The notes beneath the pieces were generated by a model. It ran no database searches. It was not told the DNA's origin and worked only from the letters and a program-made list of their open reading frames with translations. From positions 1 to 64,000 of the forward strand of contig DATMBG010000051.1 of NCBI GenBank assembly GCA_035559535.1: a DNA stretch of 64,000 nucleotides. The letters are read 5' to 3'. This stretch comes from Candidatus Limnocylindrales bacterium (GTDB taxonomy: Bacteria > Moduliflexota > Moduliflexia > Moduliflexales > JAUQPW01). The position numbers and the translations under genes were made by a program. Shown here in pieces: positions 50,645 to 60,876 of the stretch (position 1 is its first letter; each line of letters starts with the position of its first letter).

Positions 50645-51589
50645 TTAACGTCTGGCAGTCTCCAGTTTCTGCTTCATCCACTCCAGGGTATTTATCAATC
50701 CCTGTTCCAGGCTAACCTTGGGTTCCCAGCCGAGGATGCGTCGAGCTTTACTGATATCTGGCTGACGGACTCTGGGGTCATCCTTGGGAAGAGGTTTAAA
50801 AACTATTCGACTTTTACTTTTTGTAAGGGAGAGGATTTTCTCGGCAAACTGGAGGATGGACATCTCTTGAGGATTTCCTATATTTACAGGTTCAACTTCT
50901 CGAGATAGCATCAGGCGGTAAATCCCTTCTATTAAGTCGCTGACATAACAAAAGGATCGAGTCTGAGAGCCATCTCCGAAAACCGTGAGATCTTCACCCA
51001 ACAGAGCCTGACGCATAAAGGTCGGTACGACCCTTCCATCGTAAATGCGCATTCGAGGACCAAAACAATTAAAGATACGGGCAATGCGGGTTTCTACTCC
51101 ATGATAGCGATGGTAGGCCATGGTAATGGCCTCTGCAAACCGTTTAGCCTCATCATAAACACCTCGAGGACCGATGGGATTTACATTTCCCCAATAGTCT
51201 TCACTTTGAGGATGGATCAAAGGATCTCCATACACTTCCGAGGTAGATGCCAGGAGGAAGGTGGCCTTTTTTTCCTTGGCCAATCCCAAAGCTTTGTGGG
51301 TTCCCAGGGATCCTACTTTGAGGGTTTGAATGGGTAACTCCATATAATCCACGGGACTGGCCGGACTTGCAAAATGTAGAATATAATCCAGAGGTCCTTC
51401 CAGATAGATATAATTGGTGACATCGTGTTTGATAAATAGAAATTTCTCACTCCGAATATGGGCAATATTAGAAATATCCCCCGTCAGGAGATTATCCATG
51501 CAAACCACTTCGAATCCCTTTTCTAGAAGAAAATCGCAGAGATGGGAGCCTAAAAATCCGGCCCCCCCTGTTATAAGTACTCGTGGCAT
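50645..51589 (-). CDS. UDP-glucuronate decarboxylase (UDP-xylose synthase)
   Basis: [44 protein letters not shown]. Confidence 0.92.
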   Translation of the reverse strand: MPRVLITGGAGFLGSHLCDFLLEKGFEVVCMDNLLTGDISNIAHIRSEKFLFIKHDVTNYIYLEGPLDYILHFASPASPVDYMELPIQTLKVGSLGTHKALGLAKEKKATFLLASTSEVYGDPLIHPQSEDYWGNVNPIGPRGVYDEAKRFAEAITMAYHRYHGVETRIARIFNCFGPRMRIYDGRVVPTFMRQALLGEDLTVFGDGSQTRSFCYVSDLIEGIYRLMLSREVEPVNIGNPQEMSILQFAEKILSLTKSKSRIVFKPLPKDDPRVRQPDISKARRILGWEPKVSLEQGLINTLEWMKQKLETARR

Positions 51590-51669
51590 CGAACAGCAAA
51601 CAATGAACACTAAACAATCAACACGGAATCCCCGCTAATTGTTCAGGATTGCTCATTGTTAAGGAAGGG

Positions 51670-52971
51670 TTACCTTCCAATTCCATAGTACTCAAAGCCC
51701 ATTTTTCGCGTAATCTTGGGGTCATAGATATTACGTCCGTCGAAGATAATGGGTCTTTGCATGGAGTTTCTGATTTTCTCATCGGTATTAAGATACCTAA
51801 ACTCGTTCCACTCTGTGACCAGCGTCAAGGCATCGGCCCCTTTGGCTACTTCGTAAGCATTTTCACAGTAGGTAATATGGGGAAAGATCTTTCGTGCATT
51901 TTCCATGGCAACCGGATCATAGGCTTTGACTTTAGCCCCTTCTGCTAATAACTTTGAAATAATCTCCACCGATTTGGCTTCTCGCATATCATCTGTATTG
52001 GGTTTGAAGGCCAATCCCAGGACCCCTATGACTTTACCTTGAAGGCTCCCCAATACCCGCTTCATCATGTTAATAAAATGGGTGGTCCGTTCCATGTTGA
52101 TTTCATTGACGGCTTTCAGGAGCTTAAAGTCATATCCGTATCGGGCCGAGGTATGGATAAGCGATTGTACATCTTTGGGAAAACAAGATCCTCCATATCC
52201 CAATCCCGCATTTAGAAAAGCGCGACCAATTCTGGAATCAAATCCCATTCCTTTCGTGACCTGGGTTACATCTGCTCCCACTTTCTCACAGATATTGGCA
52301 ATAGCGTTGATAAAGGAAATTTTGGTTGCCAGAAAGGCATTGGAAGCATATTTAATCATCTCCGCACTGTGAACATCGGTAATCAGCATGGGGCTTTCCA
52401 GAGGGGCATACAATTCCAGCAGGATCATGGCTACATTCTGATTTGGGGCTCCGATAACAATACGCTCCGGATAAAGTGTATCGTTGATGGCCGATCCTTC
52501 CCGCAGAAATTCCGGGTTTGAGACCACGTCAAAGTCTACATTACGCCGCTTGTTCGTCTCTATAATCTGCCGGACCAGGTCTCCGGTACCCGGTGGAACA
52601 GTGCTTTTATTCACAATAACTTTATATCTATCAATAGCCCGTGCAATTCCCCTGGCCACTTCTTCCACCTGACTGAGGTCCGTCTCCCCGTTTTCCTTGG
52701 GAGGGGTTCCAACGGCAATAAAAATAACCTCGGATTTTCTTACGGCCATATCCAGGTCACAAGTAAAAAATAACCGTCGCTCCTTGGTATCATCGGTATT
52801 TCGGGCAACCATTTCCTTCAGGCCCGGCTCGTAGATGGGCATAATGCCTTTTTTAAGCTTTTCTATCTTTTCTTCATCTTTATCTACACAAATTACTTCA
52901 TTCCCTAAATCGGCAAATACGGCTCCGGTAACTAAACCTACATAACCCGTGCCAATAACTGAAACGTTCAT
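51670..52971 (-). CDS. ugd: UDP-glucose 6-dehydrogenase
   Basis: GTGYVGL, NPEFLREG, IKYASN, GYGGSCFPKD, FKPNTDDMRE. Confidence 0.93.
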   Translation of the reverse strand: MNVSVIGTGYVGLVTGAVFADLGNEVICVDKDEEKIEKLKKGIMPIYEPGLKEMVARNTDDTKERRLFFTCDLDMAVRKSEVIFIAVGTPPKENGETDLSQVEEVARGIARAIDRYKVIVNKSTVPPGTGDLVRQIIETNKRRNVDFDVVSNPEFLREGSAINDTLYPERIVIGAPNQNVAMILLELYAPLESPMLITDVHSAEMIKYASNAFLATKISFINAIANICEKVGADVTQVTKGMGFDSRIGRAFLNAGLGYGGSCFPKDVQSLIHTSARYGYDFKLLKAVNEINMERTTHFINMMKRVLGSLQGKVIGVLGLAFKPNTDDMREAKSVEIISKLLAEGAKVKAYDPVAMENARKIFPHITYCENAYEVAKGADALTLVTEWNEFRYLNTDEKIRNSMQRPIIFDGRNIYDPKITRKMGFEYYGIGR

Positions 52972-53041
52972 TCTTAAAAAGTGAAAGGTAGAAGGCAAAA
53001 AGGTAAAATCACCCTGTGCCTTGCTCCTTTCACCTTGCGAG

Positions 53042-55390
53042 CTAATACGCACCTTTTCCCCGTAAAGCCACAGGGATTGTCCTCAAAATGATCTTTAGGT
53101 CATTGGAAAGGGACCAGTTTCGTATATAGTATAAATCTAGTTTGACCATCTCGTTAAAACTTAATCCACTCCGTCCACTTACTTGCCAAAGCCCTGTGAT
53201 ACCCGGTTTAACCCATAACCGCCGGTATTGCCACTCCTGGTACCGGGCTACTTCATCGGGTAAAGGTGGTCGAGGTCCGACCAGACTCATCTCGCCTTTA
53301 ATTACGTTAATCAACTGAGGTAACTCGTCCAGACTAAACCGCCTGAGAATTTTTCCGACCTTCGTTAATCTGGGATCCTCCCGGATCTTGAATAAAGGCC
53401 CATCTGCCTCGTTGAGATGCTCAAGAAATTCCCTTTGTTCTTCTGCTTCTTTATACATGGACCGAAATTTGTACATCAAAAATCGCCGCCGGTTTTGACC
53501 AACCCTTTCTTGCCGAAACAAAACAGGCCCCGGAGACTCCCACTTGATCAAGATTCCTATAGCGAGAAGTAGTGGGGACAAAAGAACAAGCCCGGTTAAG
53601 GAGAGGATCAAATCTAAAGCCCGTTTAAGAAAAAGATTAATCCCATGAAGGGGATCTGCTTCAAAGGTAATGGTGGGAATACCAGCCAGTTCCTCGATAG
53701 TAGCCCGGGGGGTTAAAATTTCACTCACATCTGTTACAACGCGAACATGGAGGGTTTCTGTACCATTCTTAGCTATCAGGTTAAAAATCTCGTCTTGCAA
53801 AGGATCTAACTCTGTTACGATCACCTCGTTGATTTTCTGATCTGTAACCAGATGAGGAAGATCTTTGAGGGTACCCAATATGGGAAGGGTTGACAGAGGA
53901 GTCGCTGAGAATCTGGACCCGGGGGAGATCTGGTATTTTTCCTCCTTACCTCCATTCTTAGTTTCTTTGCCTTCAGGCTTTCCGGGCATGGCCACAAATC
54001 CTACCACGTCATACCCCAATTCCCGATGTTTATCCAGTTCTTTTTTCAAACTGGAAGCTTCTAAACCGGTTCCTAAAATAAGAACTCGTTTTAAATCGAA
54101 ACCTTGCTTCCGTAAAAATCTGAAAACACCCACCAGGGTCCAGCGAAACAAAAAGGCAAAACCGCTTCCAAGGATTCCAAAAATAAGGGTGATGGACCGG
54201 GAAAACTCATAACCCTGGGTCAAATAAGTACCTGCCATAATCATAAGGCAACTGATTCCCATGGCTTTAAGGACCCGGAAGAGTTCATCAACCCAAAGAA
54301 GTCCCCTCGGAAATTTATATAAGTGAAGAAAATGAAAAACCGTTAGAGTCGTGACATTAATAAAAATCAAAAAGTCTCTATAAATCCAGAAGGGAAGATC
54401 CGGTTTTTCTAAAAAAAGTCCTATTCCGTCGGATAGACCCAGGGCGAGACTTTTTCTCAGTTGATAAGCCCCATAAAAAGAAAGATTAACCACAAGTATA
54501 TCCGAGATGACAAATACCGTATGGGTCAGGAGGCTGTTATATTTGCGAAGAAAATACATGAGATCGCTCCATTTATCGAAAAAATGAAGCATACTTCGAA
54601 GATGAGAGAAAAAGGTTCGATGGGTCGGTCCTCGGGCACTCTCCCGCCGGTGCTGATGGATCATCTCAGCATGGGGAAAATAGCAAACCTTCCAACCCCC
54701 TTTTTTCATCCGGTAACACCAGTCTACATCCTCAAAGTAAAGAAAGAATCGCTCATCCATACTCCCCACATCTTCCAGCGCCTTCCGTCGTACCAACATG
54801 CAGGCCCCTAAAACCCAATCCACTTCCCGAACAGAGGCATGATCCCAATCCATCATCAAATGATTTCGTACGATCTTACTATCGGGAAACAGTCTGCGAA
54901 GAGGAGTTCTTCTCAAAAGGAGCGTCCTGAAAGTATAAAAAGTTCGACAGGAGTACTGTAACGTACCATCCGGATTGAGAAGCTTTCCTCCTACGATACC
55001 TACCTGCTGGTTTTCATCCATAAACTGAACCATCCGCTCAATGGCGCCAGGTTTTACCTGAACATCAGGATTCATCAGCAGGAGATATTCCCCCTCGGCT
55101 ATCCGGATACCCTGGTTGATCGCACGGGCATAACCTACGTTGGTTTCGTTGATCAGTAGCTGTACCTCCGGAAATTTTCCACGAACCATTTCTACCGATC
55201 CATCCTCAGAATGGTTATCGATAACGATAATCTGTCGGTTGGCCGTTGTTCCCGGTCCATAGTTCATGGTTTGTGAAGTAACCGCAACTTCCTCGTCCGG
55301 ATCCTCAGGACGATCGGCCAGAATCGAGTTTAAACAAAGCTCCAGCAAATCCTTTGTTTTATAATTGACGATAATAATAGAGAGCTTCAT
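53042..55390 (-). CDS. Fusion of GT2 glycosyltransferase and WcaJ/WbaP-type polyprenyl-phosphate phosphoglycosyltransferase
   Basis: N-term LSIIIVNY..NPD..FLYFEDVDWC; TM block; C-term KFRSM..DELPQLINV..MSLVGPRP..KPGITGLWQV. Confidence 0.9.
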   Translation of the reverse strand: MKLSIIIVNYKTKDLLELCLNSILADRPEDPDEEVAVTSQTMNYGPGTTANRQIIVIDNHSEDGSVEMVRGKFPEVQLLINETNVGYARAINQGIRIAEGEYLLLMNPDVQVKPGAIERMVQFMDENQQVGIVGGKLLNPDGTLQYSCRTFYTFRTLLLRRTPLRRLFPDSKIVRNHLMMDWDHASVREVDWVLGACMLVRRKALEDVGSMDERFFLYFEDVDWCYRMKKGGWKVCYFPHAEMIHQHRRESARGPTHRTFFSHLRSMLHFFDKWSDLMYFLRKYNSLLTHTVFVISDILVVNLSFYGAYQLRKSLALGLSDGIGLFLEKPDLPFWIYRDFLIFINVTTLTVFHFLHLYKFPRGLLWVDELFRVLKAMGISCLMIMAGTYLTQGYEFSRSITLIFGILGSGFAFLFRWTLVGVFRFLRKQGFDLKRVLILGTGLEASSLKKELDKHRELGYDVVGFVAMPGKPEGKETKNGGKEEKYQISPGSRFSATPLSTLPILGTLKDLPHLVTDQKINEVIVTELDPLQDEIFNLIAKNGTETLHVRVVTDVSEILTPRATIEELAGIPTITFEADPLHGINLFLKRALDLILSLTGLVLLSPLLLAIGILIKWESPGPVLFRQERVGQNRRRFLMYKFRSMYKEAEEQREFLEHLNEADGPLFKIREDPRLTKVGKILRRFSLDELPQLINVIKGEMSLVGPRPPLPDEVARYQEWQYRRLWVKPGITGLWQVSGRSGLSFNEMVKLDLYYIRNWSLSNDLKIILRTIPVALRGKGAY

Positions 55391-55419
55391 TAATTAGTCC
55401 CTATTCGATGGTTTTTATA

Positions 55420-56733
55420 TTAGATAATAAGCTCCGGACAACGGCTGAAGATAGCCGATCCCACCTTTTTATATCCATTATATCTGAGAACGTTATACAG
55501 GACCCGGAGGTAAAAGCTTATCAATCTACCTGTTTTAGGAAAGAAAGCCGATGAATGAGTCTGTTTCGGGTTTAAACAGAATATTTCTAAGGGTTGAAGG
55601 ACCGAAGGCCAGGAGAACTTATCGGCAATTCGACGTACATTGGCTCGACATTGCTCAACCTTTTCGGGATGGTCTGCCAATTCCAATATAGCCGCCTTCA
55701 TTTGATCTACAGATTCCGGGTCGACCGTGATGCCTAAACCCTCTTTTTCGATCAAATCACCCCAGAAATCTCCTCTGGTAGCGATAACAGGTAGCCCACA
55801 CCACAGGTAATCTAAAATGCGAGTCCTCCCTGCCAGACGAGACTCGAAGCTTGCAAAATGGGTACTGATCCCTATATCGGCTTCTAGAAGATAGTTCTGC
55901 CGCTCTTGATAAGGAATCCACTGCTCGGTGAAGAACACATACCGATCATATAATCCTAACTCCTGGCTGAGTTTAAGAATCTCTTTATGGGACTGGGGAA
56001 CGGGATCCTCTATCTTACCTAAAAAAACCAGTTTAATATCTGAACGTATCCGATGAATCTCATGAACTGCCCTTATAACTATGCAAGGATCAAACCAACT
56101 CCAGAGCCCCCCACCCCATAAAATCACCTTATCTGAGGCTGAGATTCCTTTCCTTACCCCCTTGAGAACCTGCTGGGTATGGACCGGTTTTTCAGCCGGT
56201 AATCCAAAGGGAACCGGTTGAATCAATTTTTTCAACTCCGGATCTTCTCGATAAAGTTCATGGGTGATTCTTCCCCAGGCGGCCAGCATCCCGATCCAAA
56301 AATCCCGTTGTCGCTCATGACTACAAATAAAAAAATCCCCTCGATTTAAGAGCAATTGAACCCGAGCTAAATAATAGGCCAGGGATAACCGGGCTTCCGA
56401 TAGGGAAGAACTCCTGTGATGCTCCAGGAGTTCTATAGGCAAAGGAGCATAGAGATCTACGACTAGAGGCTTTTGAGAAAGAAAAATCAAATCTAGAGGG
56501 AATTTGTACCCTGTTGTCACAATGACATCCGCCCAGCCTAACCACCGCTTCAAGTTCTTCCGGGTCGTCTTAAAAATTTGAAATTTAGCAGAGATGAGAT
56601 CCGTCTCACCTGGAACCAACAGAACCACGGCGTGTTTTTCGGCAAGGTAAGTGGCCATTTCCCAGTATCGTATTCCAGGCCCGGTCATCCGTTGATTCAC
56701 CGGGTTTGAACTGATCAGCAGAACGGAACTCAT
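55420..56733 (-). CDS. GT4-like glycosyltransferase
   Basis: GPGIRYWEM, LWGGGLWSWFDP, RTRILDYLWCGLPVI. Confidence 0.8.
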   Translation of the reverse strand: MSSVLLISSNPVNQRMTGPGIRYWEMATYLAEKHAVVLLVPGETDLISAKFQIFKTTRKNLKRWLGWADVIVTTGYKFPLDLIFLSQKPLVVDLYAPLPIELLEHHRSSSLSEARLSLAYYLARVQLLLNRGDFFICSHERQRDFWIGMLAAWGRITHELYREDPELKKLIQPVPFGLPAEKPVHTQQVLKGVRKGISASDKVILWGGGLWSWFDPCIVIRAVHEIHRIRSDIKLVFLGKIEDPVPQSHKEILKLSQELGLYDRYVFFTEQWIPYQERQNYLLEADIGISTHFASFESRLAGRTRILDYLWCGLPVIATRGDFWGDLIEKEGLGITVDPESVDQMKAAILELADHPEKVEQCRANVRRIADKFSWPSVLQPLEIFCLNPKQTHSSAFFPKTGRLISFYLRVLYNVLRYNGYKKVGSAIFSRCPELII

Positions 56734-57737
56734 GACATATGGGAACGGGGAGGTAGGGAGGGGTATGGGTGCGGGGTTACAGGAATTTCATCTCTACCTC
56801 CATACTCTTCTACTTTCCTATCCTCTTCTTCCCAGGTCTTTTCTATTTCTCTCATCTTTCGTTTCTTAAAAAGATAAGCCCCGAAGAAAATGAGTGTAAT
56901 AAGACCCCAGAGCACGGTTATACTGGTTACAACGGGAATCCAGGAATGCTTCTCCCTGAGGTTTCGCTGCCAGTCTTGTTCCAATGTGTTCAAATCTACA
57001 CCTGTCGCTCTCCGCAGAGCCGTTTCCGGACTTACTCCCTCTCCCAGGTTCTTGATAAGCCGATGAAGTGCATCTTTCCCGTAGGTATTCAGAATATAGG
57101 TCACCAGACTCAGGCTCTGGGCGTAGGCAATTCGAGCTTGTGCTGCATCGGACGGGAAAGAAAGGGTGAGCTCAGAGAGAGGGATAAAATTCTCTAAAAG
57201 TGCCACTTCCTGAAGGGTCATCTCCTCCGGAACTCCCCATTCTTTGGCTTCATACATGGCAAATCCTTCTGAAAGCCATCGGGGTGCTCCACCTATAGAT
57301 TCTAAAGCCTGTTCGAGGGCAATATGGGCAAACTCATGTTTAAAAAGTTGAAGGGGATCCAGAACCTGACCGTTAATAACCAGAGAAGATCGCATGACAA
57401 TCCGATTTAAGGATGGATAAGCTACCCCCACGGCCCAATGTGGAACATCCTGAGAATAGGGTTGTTTCTCCTTAAAACAGGTCTCAGTAGGGCAGAGATA
57501 AACCGAGATTTTTGCCTTGGGTCTATACCCCAGATCCTCGGTTACCTCCTCGTAAATTTTATCTACCTTAAGACTCAAGAACTCCACCAACTTCTGGTTC
57601 TCTCCAAGATAATGGAGGTAAAAATGCCGGGTAGACCGGGTCTTCCATTCCTCCGCAAAGGCCGGAAGTGTTCCTATACCCCCTAGAAAAAATAGGATTA
57701 AAAGAATCTCTATCCGGCTATTTCCTTTAAGTTTCAT
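56730..57737 (-). CDS. Exported MA-clan zinc metallopeptidase with C-terminal TM anchor
   Basis: Signal peptide, HEFAH (HExxH), PRWLSEGFA, AYAQS; start moved to ATG 57737. Confidence 0.85.
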   Translation of the reverse strand: MKLKGNSRIEILLILFFLGGIGTLPAFAEEWKTRSTRHFYLHYLGENQKLVEFLSLKVDKIYEEVTEDLGYRPKAKISVYLCPTETCFKEKQPYSQDVPHWAVGVAYPSLNRIVMRSSLVINGQVLDPLQLFKHEFAHIALEQALESIGGAPRWLSEGFAMYEAKEWGVPEEMTLQEVALLENFIPLSELTLSFPSDAAQARIAYAQSLSLVTYILNTYGKDALHRLIKNLGEGVSPETALRRATGVDLNTLEQDWQRNLREKHSWIPVVTSITVLWGLITLIFFGAYLFKKRKMREIEKTWEEEDRKVEEYGGRDEIPVTPHPYPSLPPRSHMS

Positions 57738-58152
57738 TTTTAATCTGTTTGGATACAATCCCTCGAAATCTCTCCGACCAGGGGGTAGATTTCTGGGTCT
57801 TAGGGTCAATCTGAACATGCACTTGGGTAGCCTCCAAAATCTCCTCTTTAGTTTTATCATTAATAATTCGGAAGCGCAAATGAAGGCTTGAATTCCCAAG
57901 CTTGATGACCTCGACAAAAATCCTTAAAAGATCGAAAAATCGAGCCGGTCTAAAATATCGAATGTGCATCTCTACAGTGACTACTGTATCCTCAATACGT
58001 ATGGTCTCTTCTTCAGAAAATCCCAAACTCTGCCAGAATTCGTCCCTTGCTCGATCTAAATAAGGGAAGAACCTTCCATAATAAACGCGACCCTGCGCAT
58101 CGGTATCGGCATAGGCCACCCGCAAACAATAGGAAAAGGTTTCAGTTGAAAT
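57727..58152 (-). CDS. Acyl-CoA thioesterase (YbgC/4HBT hotdog fold); probable ATT start
   Basis: RVAYADTDAQGRVYYGRF..PARFFD; GGAGG SD 7 nt before in-frame ATT at 58152. Confidence 0.8.
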   Translation of the reverse strand: MSTETFSYCLRVAYADTDAQGRVYYGRFFPYLDRARDEFWQSLGFSEEETIRIEDTVVTVEMHIRYFRPARFFDLLRIFVEVIKLGNSSLHLRFRIINDKTKEEILEATQVHVQIDPKTQKSTPWSERFRGIVSKQIKNET

Positions 58153-58193
58153 AATTATACCTCCCGTTTTTTAGACCTAAAAATCTCTTACCC

Positions 58194-58222
58194 TTTATAA
58201 TGACAAAAGCCGATCCTGTCAA
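58194..58222 (-). promoter_or_regulatory. Near-consensus sigma70 promoter for the thioesterase-to-glycan operon
   Basis: TTGACA-17 nt-TATAAA on minus strand. Confidence 0.7.
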
Positions 58223-58695
58223 ATAAAATCTCTCAGGTGAGCGAAAGCCCAGGCAGGAACCTTCGATCCGCAGCCTGGCAAAAGAACTTCTTTGCTTAGT
58301 ATAAGCCCTGGGTCTTCCGGAGGTCCTACCACTAAACTTACCTTCCCTCTGAAGCAGAGGCAGGAAGATCTCCAGGTACTTTCCCAAGTAGTTGGAATAG
58401 AGCTTTTAAATCTGGAAGAGGTAAGAACAAACCATTGGCAACCGTGATTCTAAAGCCTGACCATCAATGCCAGAGCCCAGCCATGGGGGATATTCTAGGG
58501 GGATTGAGATCTTTTCACAATTATCTTTAAGGTTTGTTATCTTGATAGATTAGATCCAGGTGACTAATTTATAAAATAACAAAATTTTCATTGGAGCAGG
58601 ATAAAAGATTTGTTTTTATAATTAACCAAAACCCCTAATAAAGTATAGACGGATTAAGCTTTCCCCTATACTTGCCGATCCTTAAGGAGCCTGTA

Positions 58696-60774
58696 ATGGA
58701 ACCAGTTACTACCCATGAGATTAAAACGACGGCATGTCCCCACGATTGTCCCGATACTTGTGCTTTGGAGGTCCATGTACAAGATGGAAAACTCGTCAAA
58801 GTAACCGGAGATCCTCATCACGTAACAACCCGGGGATTTATTTGTGCAAAGGTTCGGTACTATCCCGAGCGGGTCTACGGTCCAGATCGTATTTTGACGC
58901 CGTTACGCCGGGTGGGTAAAAAAGGAGAAGGAAAGTTTGAGCCTATTACCTGGAATGAAGCCCTTCGACATATCGCGGATCGATTTAAGGAGATCATAGC
59001 AGTCTATGGAGGAGAAGCTATTTTGCCTTATAGTTATGCAGGAACCGAAGGGGTTCTGAATAATGCCAGCATGGATAGGCGGTTTTTTCACAAGTTGGGA
59101 GCCTGTTTACTGGCCCGGACCATTTGTTCTGCCGCGGGAAAAATGGGATATGCTTATACCACCGGGGCTACCTATGGTTCAGATCCGGAGAATATTCCCT
59201 ACGCTCGCTTGATTATCGGTTGGGGAACCAATAGCTCCTCGCAGAACATTCATATTTTACCCCTTATTAAAGAAGCACGGGCTAAAGGAGCTATCTACAT
59301 TCATATCAATCCCCATCGGAGTGATGTGGCCGAAAAAGCCGATTATTTCCTCCAGATTCGGCCAGGGACCGATGCGGCGCTGGCCCTGGGTATGATGCAT
59401 GTCATTGTAAAGGAAGGTCTTTACGATGCCGATTATGTAGCCCGATTTACCTATGGGTTTGACAAATTGAAGGAGCGACTGGAGGCCTATCCTCCGGAAA
59501 GGGTTTCGGAAATTACAGGTATTTCCGTGCAGGAGATACAAAACGTTGCCCGTCTGTATGCCAGGATAAAACCTTCTTTCCTTCGGGTGGGCTGGGGATT
59601 TCAGCGCCATTCCAACGGTGGTATGACCATGCGAACCGTTTCCTGTCTTCCAGGTCTGGTAGGAGCCTGGGGGCAACTGGGGGGTGGATTTTTATATAGT
59701 AATGGAGGCTTATTCCCTTTAAATACACAAGCTTTGGAACGACCGGATCTTATGACCAGAACCCCTCGGACTCTCAACATGGTGGAGCTGGCAAAGATTC
59801 TTACAGAATTGGACAATCCACCTATTAAAGCCCTATATGTGTACAACTGTAACCCGGCTGCTGTGGCACCTAATCAGAATAAGGTTATCCAGGGACTCCT
59901 GCGTGAAGATCTCTTCACGGTGGTCCATGAACAGGTTTTTACAGATACCGTCGATTACGCCGATATTGTCCTTCCTGCGACAACCAGCTTTGAACATCTG
60001 GATCTTTATCGATCCTACTGGCATCTCTATCTCCAGCTTGGAGAACCGGTAATTCCTCCGGTTGGAGAAAGCAAATCCAACGTAGAAGTTTTTCGACTTC
60101 TGGCTCAGGCCATGGGATTTGAAGATCCCTGCTTCCGGGATACCGAAGAAGATCTGATTCGACAAGCCTTGGATAGCCCACATCCCTTCCTGAAAGGAAT
60201 TACCCTGGAGCGGTTACGACAAGAAAAGCGGGTTCGCCTGAATACACCTACCTATCCCTTCATCGCCTTTGCAGATGGGAAATTCCCAACCCCCTCAGGT
60301 AAAATCGAGTTCTACTCTGAACGGATGAAACAGGCAGGATTTGACCCTCTTCCCGCCTATATTCCTGAAACTGAAAGTGCAGAAGGGTCTCCGGAACTCC
60401 ATGGAAGATATTCCATTTCCCTTATCAATGCCGGTGCAAAATACTTCGTCAATTCCTCCTTTGGAAATCTTAAGTCCATGCTGGCCAAAGAGAAAAGGCC
60501 GGTAATCGAATTACACTATGAAGATGCCAAGGCAAGGGGAATCTCAGAGGGAGACCGGGTTCGGGTTTACAATGATCGAGGAGAATGTTTCCTTTATGCC
60601 AGGGTGGGAGAGACGGTTCCAAAAGGCTCGGCCATTTCTTTCAAGAGCTGGTGGAACAAAAAAACCGGTTTCAACGGAAACCTGAATCGGATTACTTCCC
60701 ACGAATTAGAACCTCTGGGAGGAGGTGCCGTGTTTTACACAAATCTGGTCGAGGTGGAAAAAGTAGGCAATTGA
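58696..60774 (+). CDS. Molybdopterin oxidoreductase (DMSO reductase superfamily, cytoplasmic)
   Basis: CPHDCPDTC..ICAKV Fe-S motif, PGTDAALA, YADIVLPATT, C-terminal molydopterin-binding domain; aaggag SD. Confidence 0.9.
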   Translation: MEPVTTHEIKTTACPHDCPDTCALEVHVQDGKLVKVTGDPHHVTTRGFICAKVRYYPERVYGPDRILTPLRRVGKKGEGKFEPITWNEALRHIADRFKEIIAVYGGEAILPYSYAGTEGVLNNASMDRRFFHKLGACLLARTICSAAGKMGYAYTTGATYGSDPENIPYARLIIGWGTNSSSQNIHILPLIKEARAKGAIYIHINPHRSDVAEKADYFLQIRPGTDAALALGMMHVIVKEGLYDADYVARFTYGFDKLKERLEAYPPERVSEITGISVQEIQNVARLYARIKPSFLRVGWGFQRHSNGGMTMRTVSCLPGLVGAWGQLGGGFLYSNGGLFPLNTQALERPDLMTRTPRTLNMVELAKILTELDNPPIKALYVYNCNPAAVAPNQNKVIQGLLREDLFTVVHEQVFTDTVDYADIVLPATTSFEHLDLYRSYWHLYLQLGEPVIPPVGESKSNVEVFRLLAQAMGFEDPCFRDTEEDLIRQALDSPHPFLKGITLERLRQEKRVRLNTPTYPFIAFADGKFPTPSGKIEFYSERMKQAGFDPLPAYIPETESAEGSPELHGRYSISLINAGAKYFVNSSFGNLKSMLAKEKRPVIELHYEDAKARGISEGDRVRVYNDRGECFLYARVGETVPKGSAISFKSWWNKKTGFNGNLNRITSHELEPLGGGAVFYTNLVEVEKVGN

Positions 60775-60781
60775 AACCATA

Positions 60782-60876
60782 GTAGGTCAAACGTCTTGTA
60801 GGTCAAACGTCTCGTTTGATAGTAAGGAGTAACCCCTCGTTGCCCCTGGTACGGGCGAATGGTCATTCGCTCGTAC
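60782..60876 (+). repeat. Cluster of degenerate GTAG/GTAC REP-like palindromes
   Basis: gtaggtcaaacgtct x2 (second completes as ..cgtttga), gtacgggcgaatggtcattcgctcgtac. Confidence 0.65.

Noticed and set aside
58225-58500. Glycine-riboswitch-like ctctcagg, or a small ORF
   Set aside because: Other riboswitch elements are absent and the translations resemble nothing I recognise
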